DNA from: an uncultured Chloroflexia bacterium
GTDB lineage: Bacteria; Chloroflexota; Limnocylindria; Limnocylindrales; CSP1-4
Assembly: GCA_963767945.1 (NCBI GenBank)
Contig: CAVYGH010000013.1
Span: 162,576-226,575 of the forward strand
DNA length: 64,000 nt
Direction of reading: 5' to 3'
Positions 1 to 8,553 of this stretch are shown here, in pieces; positions within the stretch are counted from its first letter, which is position 1; each line of letters opens with the position of its first letter. Below the pieces are notes generated by a model. That model saw nothing but the letters and a program-made list of their open reading frames with translations, was not told the origin of the DNA and ran no database searches. Made by a program: the position numbers and the translations under genes.

Positions 1-1642
1 GGACCTCGGCGAACCGGAACCGCGAGCCCCAGCGACGCAGCGCGGCGGCGACGAAGAAGCCGAGCAGCAGGTAGACCGCGAACGCGACGATCAGGAACCG
101 GCCGACCGCCTCGTATTCGCTGTAGGGGACCCCGATGATCAGGAGGTCGCCGGTCTGGAAGAGGTAGTTGCCCGTCAGGCGGGCCCACGCCTGGGCGATC
201 ACGAGCCCGATCAGCAGGACCGCGAGGCCGAACGTGAGCCAGCGCCACGGCGACCGCCAGGCGCGCGCGCCGACGTACCAGCGCAGGCCGCGCGGGACCT
301 CCCAGGATGGGCGCAGGCGCGGGTCGGGCGCGGCCGCCGAGGGCGCCGCCGGCGCATCCGCTGACTGACCGCCGGCTTCCGAAGACTGGCGCTCGGCCGC
401 CTTGGCCGCCCGGTTGCCGGTGATCGCATCCAGCACCCAGACCGTCGCCCCACTGGGCGGCGCCTCGCGATGCAGCGCCGCGGAGAGCCGATTCCAGGGT
501 CGCGTGCCGTCGACCAGCCGCTCGGCCGCCGCGGCCGGGCCCTCCGGCTCGACCATCGCCGCGTCCGACCGCAGCCAGTCCGCGAGCAGCGAGACCGACA
601 CGCCGTCCGCCTGTCGCTCGGCGGCGCTCTCGAGCAGCTCGCCGACGCGCGCCGCCGGATCGTCGCCCTCCTGGGCAAGCTTCGGGAGGTCGTCCCCGAA
701 CACGATGCCCCCGAGCGCCTTATCCAGCGCCGCCGCCCCGATCGGGTCGATCCCCGGTCTCCCGTCCCGCCGCCGCTCGGACTCGCGCAGCAGCCTCGCC
801 AGCTCCTGCGGCCGATCCTCGAGCTCGCCGATGACCGTGCGTACGCCCTCGTTGTAGGCCTCGAGCCGGCGGGACAGCAGCCGGAACGGCCCGTCGTGGG
901 CGACGCCCGCCAGACCCCGGACCGGCGCCGGCAGCTGACCCATGCTCAACGACGGCTGCGGGTACGGGGCCTCGGCCGGCAGGAGCCGCTTGTCGACCTC
1001 CCAGCGCGCCGGCAGCTTGCTGCCCATGTACGGATCGCTCGCCGGGTCGAGCTCGCGGCCCAAGCGCAACGCCAAGTCCGCAACCGCGCGCTCCCGGCCT
1101 TCCCCGAGCGAGGCGACGCGCATCCCGACGGTGGCGGGTCGATCGGCGGGGACGGTCGACCAGACGGCGTCGAAGATCTCGACCTGCATCAGGTGCGCGA
1201 CCAGGTCCCGCACGAATGCCTCGGGCCAGCCGTGGCCGTCGTCGCCGGTGAGCCGCGTCAGCCCCGTGCGCGGGTGGCCGAACGACAGCATCTCCGCCCG
1301 CAGGTCCAGGAACCGGACGTCGGGGTGGCGGCCCAGGGCCACCGGCAGCGTCCGCGCGTACGCGTCCGAACGGTGTGGCGACCCGGTCGTGCCCGCACCT
1401 CCGGCGACCAATGCGACCAGCGTGCGCGGCGACGGGTCCGACCCCAGCAGCTTGAGCGCCAGCTCCTCAGCGTCGGTCGCCGCGATGTCGTCGAGTGGGA
1501 CGATCAGGAGCAGCCGGACCGGGAGATCCGTCAGCGCCGAGCTGTCCGAGAACGGGAACGGATCGGTCGACGCGGGCGGCTTGATCTCGCGCAGCCGGGC
1601 CCGGACGGCCGGCTGCCGGAGGTCAACCCGGACGACGGTCAT
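1..1642 (-). CDS. Hypothetical protein, partial (runs off window start). Third gene of the tubulin-like/vWA operon. C-terminal part has hydrophobic TM-like segments.
   Basis: Minus-strand ATG at 1642 overlaps the stop (1623-1625) of the upstream tubulin-like gene by 20 nt, suggesting translational coupling. My hand translation gives a protein-like sequence ending in hydrophobic stretches (LTFGLAVLLIGLVIAQAW, FLIVAFAVYLLLGFFVAAAL). Not listed in the ORF track because it has no stop inside the window. Confidence 0.4.
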   Translation of the reverse strand, partial: MTVVRVDLRQPAVRARLREIKPPASTDPFPFSDSSALTDLPVRLLLIVPLDDIAATDAEELALKLLGSDPSPRTLVALVAGGAGTTGSPHRSDAYARTLPVALGRHPDVRFLDLRAEMLSFGHPRTGLTRLTGDDGHGWPEAFVRDLVAHLMQVEIFDAVWSTVPADRPATVGMRVASLGEGRERAVADLALRLGRELDPASDPYMGSKLPARWEVDKRLLPAEAPYPQPSLSMGQLPAPVRGLAGVAHDGPFRLLSRRLEAYNEGVRTVIGELEDRPQELARLLRESERRRDGRPGIDPIGAAALDKALGGIVFGDDLPKLAQEGDDPAARVGELLESAAERQADGVSVSLLADWLRSDAAMVEPEGPAAAAERLVDGTRPWNRLSAALHREAPPSGATVWVLDAITGNRAAKAAERQSSEAGGQSADAPAAPSAAAPDPRLRPSWEVPRGLRWYVGARAWRSPWRWLTFGLAVLLIGLVIAQAWARLTGNYLFQTGDLLIIGVPYSEYEAVGRFLIVAFAVYLLLGFFVAAALRRWGSRFRFAEV

Positions 1643-4600
1643 CGAAGACCCCGGTGGGGTATGGCGACTCGACCGTGTCGTCCTGCGCCGGCACGCCGGC
1701 GTTCGGCGCGCGCCGCAGCATCTGGATCTCCGCGATCACCTCGGCGAACGACCCGTAGCCCAGCGTGCCGAACGACAGGTTCAGCGCGTGCGGCAGGGCC
1801 CGCTCCCAGAACGCCACGTACTCGTCGACCTGGTGGATCCGCTTCGCCTGCTCGGTGGGGGAGCGACGGAGCTCGTCGCGCAGGTGCCGCAGCTCGGCAC
1901 GCTCGGCGCTGCCGCGGCCCGTGGGATCGAGCTCGGGGACGAAGTCAATGAACAGCGGCCGATCGGCCAGCTCGTCGCTCGTCGGCCGGCGCCGCTCCAC
2001 GAAGCCCGCCGGCACCGTCCGCGACAGCCCGCGCAGGATCTCGGAGACGGCCTCCGTGTCGGTCACGTAGCGGTGCGAGATCTCACGCAGATATGCGTCG
2101 GCGAGGGGCGCGAGATGGTTCGCGAACGGCATGTCGTCGAGGCTGATGGCGAGCTGCGGCGCATCGGGCGCCCCGAACCGCACCCGGAGCGTCCCGAACG
2201 AGCCGGTCTGGCCGTTCGAGGGGATCCGGTCCGCCGTGAGCTCGCCGTTCCAGGCCGCCGCCAGCAGGCGCTGGAGCAGCTCGGCGCGCGCGTCCTCGTC
2301 GATGAAGTCGATCGGGTCGCGGTAGCCCTCGCGCTGGCGCCAGGCCAGCCGGTCCGTGGGGTCGGGCCGGAAGGCGCTCTCGACCCAGGTGTTGAGGCCC
2401 TCGGCGCCGTCGGGCACGTCCATGACGCCCTGGCCGACGAGCGCGACCGAGATCACGAGCGCCGTGTCCGCGGAGCGCGGGACGAAGGTGGGCGAGGCCT
2501 GCTGGAGGAACCGCGACAGCGAGGGGTGGGTCGCCAGCGTCTCCGCCAGCCGCGCCTCCACGCGCGAGTTCTGCTCGCCCGGGTAGGCGATGGCGACGAT
2601 GGCCTCGATCTCGCGGTCGGTCGCCGGGGGCACCACCGAGTCGGTGATCGACGTCAGCATCTTGGTCCGGAACTGGCGCACGTCGGGCGACAGCGCGCCT
2701 TCCTCCTGCTCGGCCCACTCGCGGAGGATCTCCGTGATCCCGGCATACACGCCGGGCTGGCCGAACACCCGCTCGACGTCCTCCCGGATGGCCTCGACCA
2801 GCCGCTCGGCAAGCCGGGTGGGCTCCGCGAGGTCCGACTTCTCCCAGGTCTCGAGGACGTCGTCCTGGTGGCGGAGGACGAGGGCCCGGGCGATGGTGTT
2901 GGTGGTCGGGTCCGAGAGGGACAGGTCCACGCCCAGCGCCCGCACGACGTTCTCGGTCAGCTGCTCGACGTTCACCCCGGCGGCGAACCGCTCGACGATG
3001 CTGGCCGCCTCGTCGATGAGCGTCTCGTTGGTGGCGCCCTTGCTCCACTCGTCGAGGCCGCGGAGGGTCGCGTCCAGCCGGGCTCGGAGCGTGCCGCTGG
3101 CGGCCCGGAACTTGACCGCGGTGCCCTTGGGGTTGGCGAGGTAGGCGCGCCAGGTGGCGTCGACCTGCGATTCCTCGGCCTGCCGGACCTGGCGGACGGC
3201 GCCCGGGTCGATCTGTGGCTCGCCGCGGCGGAACAGGCCGCGCTGGTGGACGACCATCTCCTGCGAGGACGGGAACTCGACGACCGAGCGGCCCTTGCGC
3301 TTCTCCGTGCCGACCAGCTGGCCCGACGCCCAGCGCGCGGACGTCTCGCGGCCGGCGTCCATCGCGCCGACGAGGTCGAGGTCCGTGGTGTTCGACGTGC
3401 GCCGGACGAGCGTGACCCACTGGGCGCCGTGGTCGCCCAGCGACGCCGCACGCTCGAAGGCCGTGGCCGCGCCCGCGGACAGGTTGTCCGGGACGCCGCC
3501 GTCCTTCTTCGTCGAGGGGCTGATCATCACCTGGCGGATCGCCGCCTGGTAGGCCTGCATGGCCGAGGAGACGTCCTCGGGCTCGGTCGAGATCGGCTGG
3601 ATGACGGCGGTCCGGTAGCGGCCGTCGATCGGCGCGAGGAGCGGCGGCTGGACGCCGGCCCGCTCCTGGAACAGCTCCGTGCGCCGGGTGCGGGTCGCGT
3701 CGTCGAGCCCCGTCCGGACGTCGGTGAGGAACGTCGCGAGGAGCCGCTTGGACACGAGGTGGACGAGCTGCTCGCGGGCATCGGGGACGGCGACGGTCGC
3801 GGCGCTCGCGAACGGCCGTCGGCCGACGAACGTGGGATGGCGCTCCTGGAGCAGCCCCGAGTTGTTCACGAGCTTGTCGAGCAGCGTCATCGTCCGTCCG
3901 GACCCGAGCGGCCCCGACGCGAGGTTCGAGATCGAGGGCTGCCGGACGAGGTTGGTGGCGAAGCGCGCGACGCGCTCGGCCAGCGCGCTGTCGGTCGGCA
4001 CGTCCGCCGGGCGGTGGAACAGGAACGCCGTCTTCACAGCGGCGGCCGGCATCACGACCCGCAGCGAGCCGGTGCCCGCCGAGCCGCCGGGGTAGTCGTG
4101 GGTCGGCGGCTCGCCCTCGGCAGTCGGGGCGTTCTGGGCGTCGATGAGCTGCCCGAGGTCGGCCAGGGCGCGGATCGCGTTCAGCGAGCCGTTCTTGCGC
4201 TTCGAGGGCGCGAGGACGTTGTCGAACGCGCTCGGCAGCAGGACCAGCGGCACGATCACGAACGGCGTCCCGCCGAGCTGCGTCGACCCCTCGTGCGCGA
4301 TCAGGCGCATGACGTCCATGAACAGGCCGCCGCCCGTGCCGCCCGAGAGCGAGCAGCCGACGAGGAACACGACGTTCCGCGACGCCGCCGCGCCGCCCGT
4401 GAACTCCTCGAGCTGGCCGACGGAGCCGACGATGCGCTCGATCGGCCGCCGGAAGTCGCGCAGCAGCGCCTCGGCGCCGTAGCGCTCCATGAAGGCGAAC
4501 ATCGCGGCCCGGCCGATGGTCGGGTACTGGCCGGCGCCCGTGGAGAGGGGCGCGAACGTGGGCTCGTTGCCCCACTCGCTCATCTTGGGCGGCAGCCAGT

Positions 4601-4961
4601 TGTCGGTGGCGTCCTTCGCGGTCTTCGAGCCGCGCAGGAGGTTCGTCACGTCGGCCGAGGAGTGGCCGGCGCTGCCGAGCGCCTTCACGAACGTCGCCGT
4701 CTTGAGCGCCACGTCGGGGGAGCGGGGGAGGAGGTCCGACTGGAGCGAGACCAGGTCCTGCTCGCTGAAGTCGATGTACAGGGTCTGGATGAACCCCGGC
4801 AGCTCGTACGGCTTGAGGCCCGTGAAGGTGCCGCCGCGGCTGACGAGCTTGCGCCCATCGGGCCCGGTGACCTCCTCGCGGAGCAGCCGCTCGAAGGCCT
4901 TGCCGATCTTGAGACCGGTCCCGCCGATGCCGATGTAGACGAAGCGTGTTGAGAAGCTCAT
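1623..4961 (-). CDS. FtsZ/tubulin-superfamily GTPase (1112 aa): N-terminal tubulin-like GTPase domain of about 330 aa plus a C-terminal extension of about 780 aa of unknown function
   Basis: N-terminus VYIGIGGTGLKIGKAF matches the glycine-rich T1 nucleotide-binding loop. VGCSLSGGTGGGLFMDV matches the tubulin/FtsZ signature motif (GGGTGSG/T4 loop). The ORF is intact over 3.3 kb and is adjacent to the vWA gene on the same strand. Confidence 0.65.
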   Translation of the reverse strand: MSFSTRFVYIGIGGTGLKIGKAFERLLREEVTGPDGRKLVSRGGTFTGLKPYELPGFIQTLYIDFSEQDLVSLQSDLLPRSPDVALKTATFVKALGSAGHSSADVTNLLRGSKTAKDATDNWLPPKMSEWGNEPTFAPLSTGAGQYPTIGRAAMFAFMERYGAEALLRDFRRPIERIVGSVGQLEEFTGGAAASRNVVFLVGCSLSGGTGGGLFMDVMRLIAHEGSTQLGGTPFVIVPLVLLPSAFDNVLAPSKRKNGSLNAIRALADLGQLIDAQNAPTAEGEPPTHDYPGGSAGTGSLRVVMPAAAVKTAFLFHRPADVPTDSALAERVARFATNLVRQPSISNLASGPLGSGRTMTLLDKLVNNSGLLQERHPTFVGRRPFASAATVAVPDAREQLVHLVSKRLLATFLTDVRTGLDDATRTRRTELFQERAGVQPPLLAPIDGRYRTAVIQPISTEPEDVSSAMQAYQAAIRQVMISPSTKKDGGVPDNLSAGAATAFERAASLGDHGAQWVTLVRRTSNTTDLDLVGAMDAGRETSARWASGQLVGTEKRKGRSVVEFPSSQEMVVHQRGLFRRGEPQIDPGAVRQVRQAEESQVDATWRAYLANPKGTAVKFRAASGTLRARLDATLRGLDEWSKGATNETLIDEAASIVERFAAGVNVEQLTENVVRALGVDLSLSDPTTNTIARALVLRHQDDVLETWEKSDLAEPTRLAERLVEAIREDVERVFGQPGVYAGITEILREWAEQEEGALSPDVRQFRTKMLTSITDSVVPPATDREIEAIVAIAYPGEQNSRVEARLAETLATHPSLSRFLQQASPTFVPRSADTALVISVALVGQGVMDVPDGAEGLNTWVESAFRPDPTDRLAWRQREGYRDPIDFIDEDARAELLQRLLAAAWNGELTADRIPSNGQTGSFGTLRVRFGAPDAPQLAISLDDMPFANHLAPLADAYLREISHRYVTDTEAVSEILRGLSRTVPAGFVERRRPTSDELADRPLFIDFVPELDPTGRGSAERAELRHLRDELRRSPTEQAKRIHQVDEYVAFWERALPHALNLSFGTLGYGSFAEVIAEIQMLRRAPNAGVPAQDDTVESPYPTGVFDDRRPG

Positions 4962-4980
4962 CGCTGGTCAGCCCCTTCTG

Positions 4981-6895
4981 TTAATCCCAGTCGTCGTTGG
5001 AGGCGTTGGTGGAGCCGGGTCGATCGGGGACCGCGGACGAGCCCCAGTCGTCGTCGACGACGGGATTCGCCTGCCTCGGCCGCCGATCGCTGGCCTGCAG
5101 GGTCAGGTTGTGGGATCCGCCGTCCGGATCGATGACCTCGACGTCGTCGCCGACCTTGGCGGCGATGAGGCCGCCGGCCGACCGCACGTCGAAACGGTTC
5201 GAGCCCTTGTACTGGACCTGGACGTCCGCGTTGCCCGCGCCGGTCCATCTGGATCTCGTTGCCCACGAACGCGAGGCCCGTGCGCGGCCCGCGGCCGAGC
5301 GGAATGGCCTCGGAATCGTCGACGTAGGCGGTGATGTACGGCCGCAGGCGGTTGCGATACCACGCGACGACGTACCAGGCCGCGGCGAGCGCGGCGGCGG
5401 TGACGAGGCCGCCCACGATCCAGCGGAGGAGCGGGTTGCAGTCGAAGACACCGCCACACGGCGAGAACGGGTTCGAGGCGGGGGAGAGGGCGCTGACCCC
5501 GGTGGCGTTCTCGGCCGTCGCCCGACAGCTGTACTCGGTGCCGTTGGCGAGGCCGGTGACGTCGATCGAGGTCGAGGCGGAGACGGGCTCGTTGACCGGC
5601 TGCCAGGTCGTGCCGCCGTCGGCGCTGCACTCGTAGTGGTAATCGACGATCGGCGAGCCGCCGTCCGATCCGGCGACGACCGAGACGACCGCCGATTGAT
5701 CGCCGCGATCCGCGTTGACGCCTTCGGGAGCGGCGGGGCGGCCGGCCGGCGTCGCTGACCCGTCGGTGGGCGTCCAGGGGCCCTGGCCGACCTCGCTGAT
5801 GGCGGCGACCTCGCACGCGTAGCTCGTCCCGTTGTCGACGTCGTCGACGACCGCCTCGTGCTCGGTCTTTGGCAGCTCCTGGGTCGGCAGCCAGTCGGCG
5901 GAGCCGTCGGCGCGGCAGCGGGCCTGGTAGGCGTCGACCGGCTTCGTCCCCTCGTCCGCGGGCTCGGCCCAGGACAGGTCGATGAACCCGTCGCCGGCCT
6001 CCGCCTTGACGTCGCCGACGGGGCCGGGGGCGTTCTCCGGCTTCGGCGTGGGCGTCGGCTTCGGGGTGGGGCTCGGCTCGACCGTGAACGAGCAGGTCAC
6101 CTGCTCGAGCGCGTCGGCCACCGCGTGACCGGCGTCGACCGCGCTCCCGAACACCACGGTGTCCCACGCGAACGCCTCGCCGCCGGGACAGGGCTCCATG
6201 TCGTGGGTCAGGCCGGACAGGTCCTCGAGGCCGGATCGAAGCGCACCCCGCTGCTTCGGATCGAGGCCCATGCCGACGGGCAGGAACGCGAACGGTGTCC
6301 GGTCGCCGAACAGCCGTTGCGCCGCCGGGAGGACCTCGCTGGCGGGGACGCCCGCGACATCGTGCTTGCCGTCGGTGAAGAAGACGACCGCCGGTCGCTT
6401 CGAGTCCGCCGGCAGGTGCTTGGCCGCCTCCCGCAGCGCGGCGACGTAGTTGGTGTCGGTCCCGACGTCGCCGACGATCTGCGCGTCCGGACCGCGCCGG
6501 TACTGGCGCGCGGCGAGGCGAAGGCAGTCGGCCAGCTTGTCGACGGCGGCGGGGTTCTGGTGGAGCTCGAGACCCTGGCAGCCGGGATAGCCCTGGGCGC
6601 GGCTCGCGAACGGGACGAGCGAGATCACGGCGTTGCCGTTCACCAGGTCGTCGCGGGTGACCTCGACGCGGTCCGCGATCTCGACGAGGGCGTCCGCGAA
6701 CCGCGTGCGGTTGGGCTTGTCGCTCAGGATCGAGTCGGAGAAGTCGAGCGCGACGACGACGTCGGACGGCTCGGCCGGCTCCGCGGCGACGGCGGTGGCG
6801 ATGCCGACGGCCACCATGACGATGGCCAGCGCGCCCCCGACCGCTCGGCGAAGTGCGCCGCTGAGGCGGGCGTCGGCCTGTGGCGTCCGGATCAC
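4981..6895 (-). CDS. Secreted, membrane-anchored vWA-domain protein. Domain order: signal peptide, vWA, PT-rich linker, 2x FN3, TM helix, cytoplasmic tail. One frameshift near 5235 in the tail.
   Basis: N-terminal signal/TM segment (GALAIVMVAVGIATAVAA). MIDAS motif DFSDS in VVVALDFSDSI. VVFFTDGKHD is typical of vWA. PTPKPTPTPKP linker. Two FN3-like modules (…SYACEVAAISEVGQGPW, …EYSCRATAENATGVS). C-terminal TM LLRWIVGGLVTAAALAAAWYVVAWY. The tail continues in the frame of ORF 4981..5457 (…VQVQYKGSNRFDVRSAGGLIAAKVGDDVEVIDPDGG…). Confidence 0.7.
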
Positions 6896-7059
6896 GCAGC
6901 GACTCCTTCCCGCCTGCTGGAGTGGGCGGACAGGGTACTACTGCTACCTGTTCGGCCTGAGAAACGGGTGAGAGGGCCTGAGATCACGCGATGCCGGTCC
7001 TCGTCGCGTCGTGTGCTGGCCGGCGAAGCGGGCCGCCACCATGTTCGGACCGCTTCCTT

Positions 7060-7077
7060 CGTGACGCGCGCGTCACG
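7060..7077. promoter_or_regulatory. Perfect 18-bp palindrome CGTGACGCGCGCGTCACG in the divergent intergenic region between the vWA operon and the endonuclease VII-like gene
   Basis: Read directly from the sequence (7060-7077). The reverse complement is identical. It sits in a 324-nt non-coding spacer between divergent genes. Confidence 0.4.
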
Positions 7078-7218
7078 CACGGGCCACTTCACGCGCGATT
7101 GCTCCCCGCGTAGTGGCCATACCCCTGTTGCTCGGCCCGACCGTCGGGCAATCTGCGGGCCGCCAGCCCCCAGGACGTTCGACCGGGATGCGGCACGACA
7201 GCTCGAAAGGGAGCACGA

Positions 7219-7648
7219 ATGACGACCAACGATCCGACCGACCGACCCCTGCCGAAGCCACGCCGACGACACGGCCTCGGCGCTGACGGCATCGAGGCCT
7301 TGCGGTCACGCCAGGATGGCAAGTGCGCGATCTGCCGGAAGCCCGAGACCGATGCACCCGGCGGTCGCCTGGCCGTCGACCACGACCATGCCCACTGTCC
7401 GGGCAAGATCGGGTGCCCCGACGTGCGTCCGCGGTCTCCTCTGCGTGAACTGCAACAACCTCCTCCGATCGGCTCGAGACGATCAGCGGATCCTGCGGGC
7501 GGCCATCGACTACATCGCCGGTCCGGCGGCGATCGAAGCCCAGCGATCGAGGACCTGCCGGTCACCGAGTTGCTCCGTCGGCTGCGCCGCGAGGACGCGG
7601 ATCCGCGGCTCATGCCGAGGCAGGGTCGGCGCGATCGGTTCTTCATGA
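7219..7648 (+). pseudogene. Endonuclease VII-like (recombination endonuclease VII family) gene with a +1 frameshift near 7420
   Basis: CAICRKPETDAPGGRLAVDHDHAHC in one frame, continued by TCVRGLLCVNCNNLL…AAIDYIAG in the +1 frame (ORF 7316..7648). Together they match the Endo VII CxxC…VDHDH…RGLLCxxCN pattern. Confidence 0.5.
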
Positions 7649-7991
7649 TGATGCTCGACGCCCCTGCCGCGGCTGCGACGGTCGCCGAGGCCGGATGGAT
7701 GCTGGACAACGACCCGCAGGGATACCGCGACGCGATCCGGCGGGCCGACGAGTTCTACGGCGGACCCGGCGCTCTCGACGCCCACCTCGCGACGGTCCTG
7801 CCGCGAACACCCGACGACGAGGGCGGCCGGGCCTTCTTCCAGGAGGTGGCCGTCGAGCGCGCCAAGCTCGGGATGTCATCGCCCGGCATGCCGGGCGGCC
7901 AGGTGACGCTTGGCGACGTCAATGCCTACCTTCACGCCCAGGCTCACAACAAGTGAACCGGGCGTAGGAGCCAGCAGCTTGGCGGTCTTCC

Positions 7992-8015
7992 ACGCGCGCG
8001 CGCACGCGCGCGCGC
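7992..8015. repeat. Alternating (CG)n tract of about 24 nt with Z-DNA potential (ACGCGCGCGCGCACGCGCGCGCGC)
   Basis: Read directly from the sequence in the non-coding stretch downstream of the Endo VII remnant. Confidence 0.5.
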
Positions 8016-8553
8016 CCTCGCATCCACCCGAATCCATGCTAGAATTGGTGTTACCGCCGAACCACTCGGCGGACCTATCCAGAGCGCCTGAGAGCCCCGG
8101 CTCAATGACGGCGCGGCAACCGGTCCGACCCCCATCCGGACACGGTGCCAAGGCCGGGTCCGATAGGAGAGGGACCGTGTCTCAACGTCAACGCCCGGGC
8201 ATCCCTGTGCCCTAACCGCCACTGATCTCGCGCGCCGACGAACGCCCGCTCCAGGTCCGCCAGGGCGACGTCCTGCTCGTCCGCCATCGAGGCCATCCCC
8301 GACACGGCCAGGCCCGTCGCCCGCGACAACGGTCGCGTCGTGCTCGCCGTACGGCGAGGCCACCGGCCACGCCCATGCGATCTCGTCGAGCGGCCGCCAC
8401 GCAGCTCCACGACGACATCGAGCGCTACCTGCGCTCGTCCGCTCGGCCGCGACGCTCCAGCACGAGGAGCACGCCGCGATCGAGCTCGCGCCCGGCACCT
8501 ACCGCGTCGTCATCCAGCGCGAGTACGTCCCCGCGCCGGTCCAGTAGACCGTC

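Noticed and set aside
942-4952. 1336-aa ORF on the + strand
   Set aside because: It is antisense to the tubulin-like gene. Its composition is Arg/Ala/Gly/Pro-dominated with no motifs. It is typical spurious open frame in about 70% GC DNA.
7650-7956. C-terminal 100 aa of ORF 7219..7956 as a real extension of the Endo VII protein
   Set aside because: It would require a second compensating frameshift. Endo VII family proteins normally end shortly after the CN…L…DYI segment, so this tail is more likely coincidental open frame.
8040-8130. Possible small RNA or tRNA-like element around the hairpin CCGCCGA-ACCAC-TCGGCGG
   Set aside because: No cloverleaf or conserved tRNA T-loop (GTTCGA/GGTTCRANYC) is recognisable. 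A single hairpin in non-coding DNA is insufficient to call an ncRNA.
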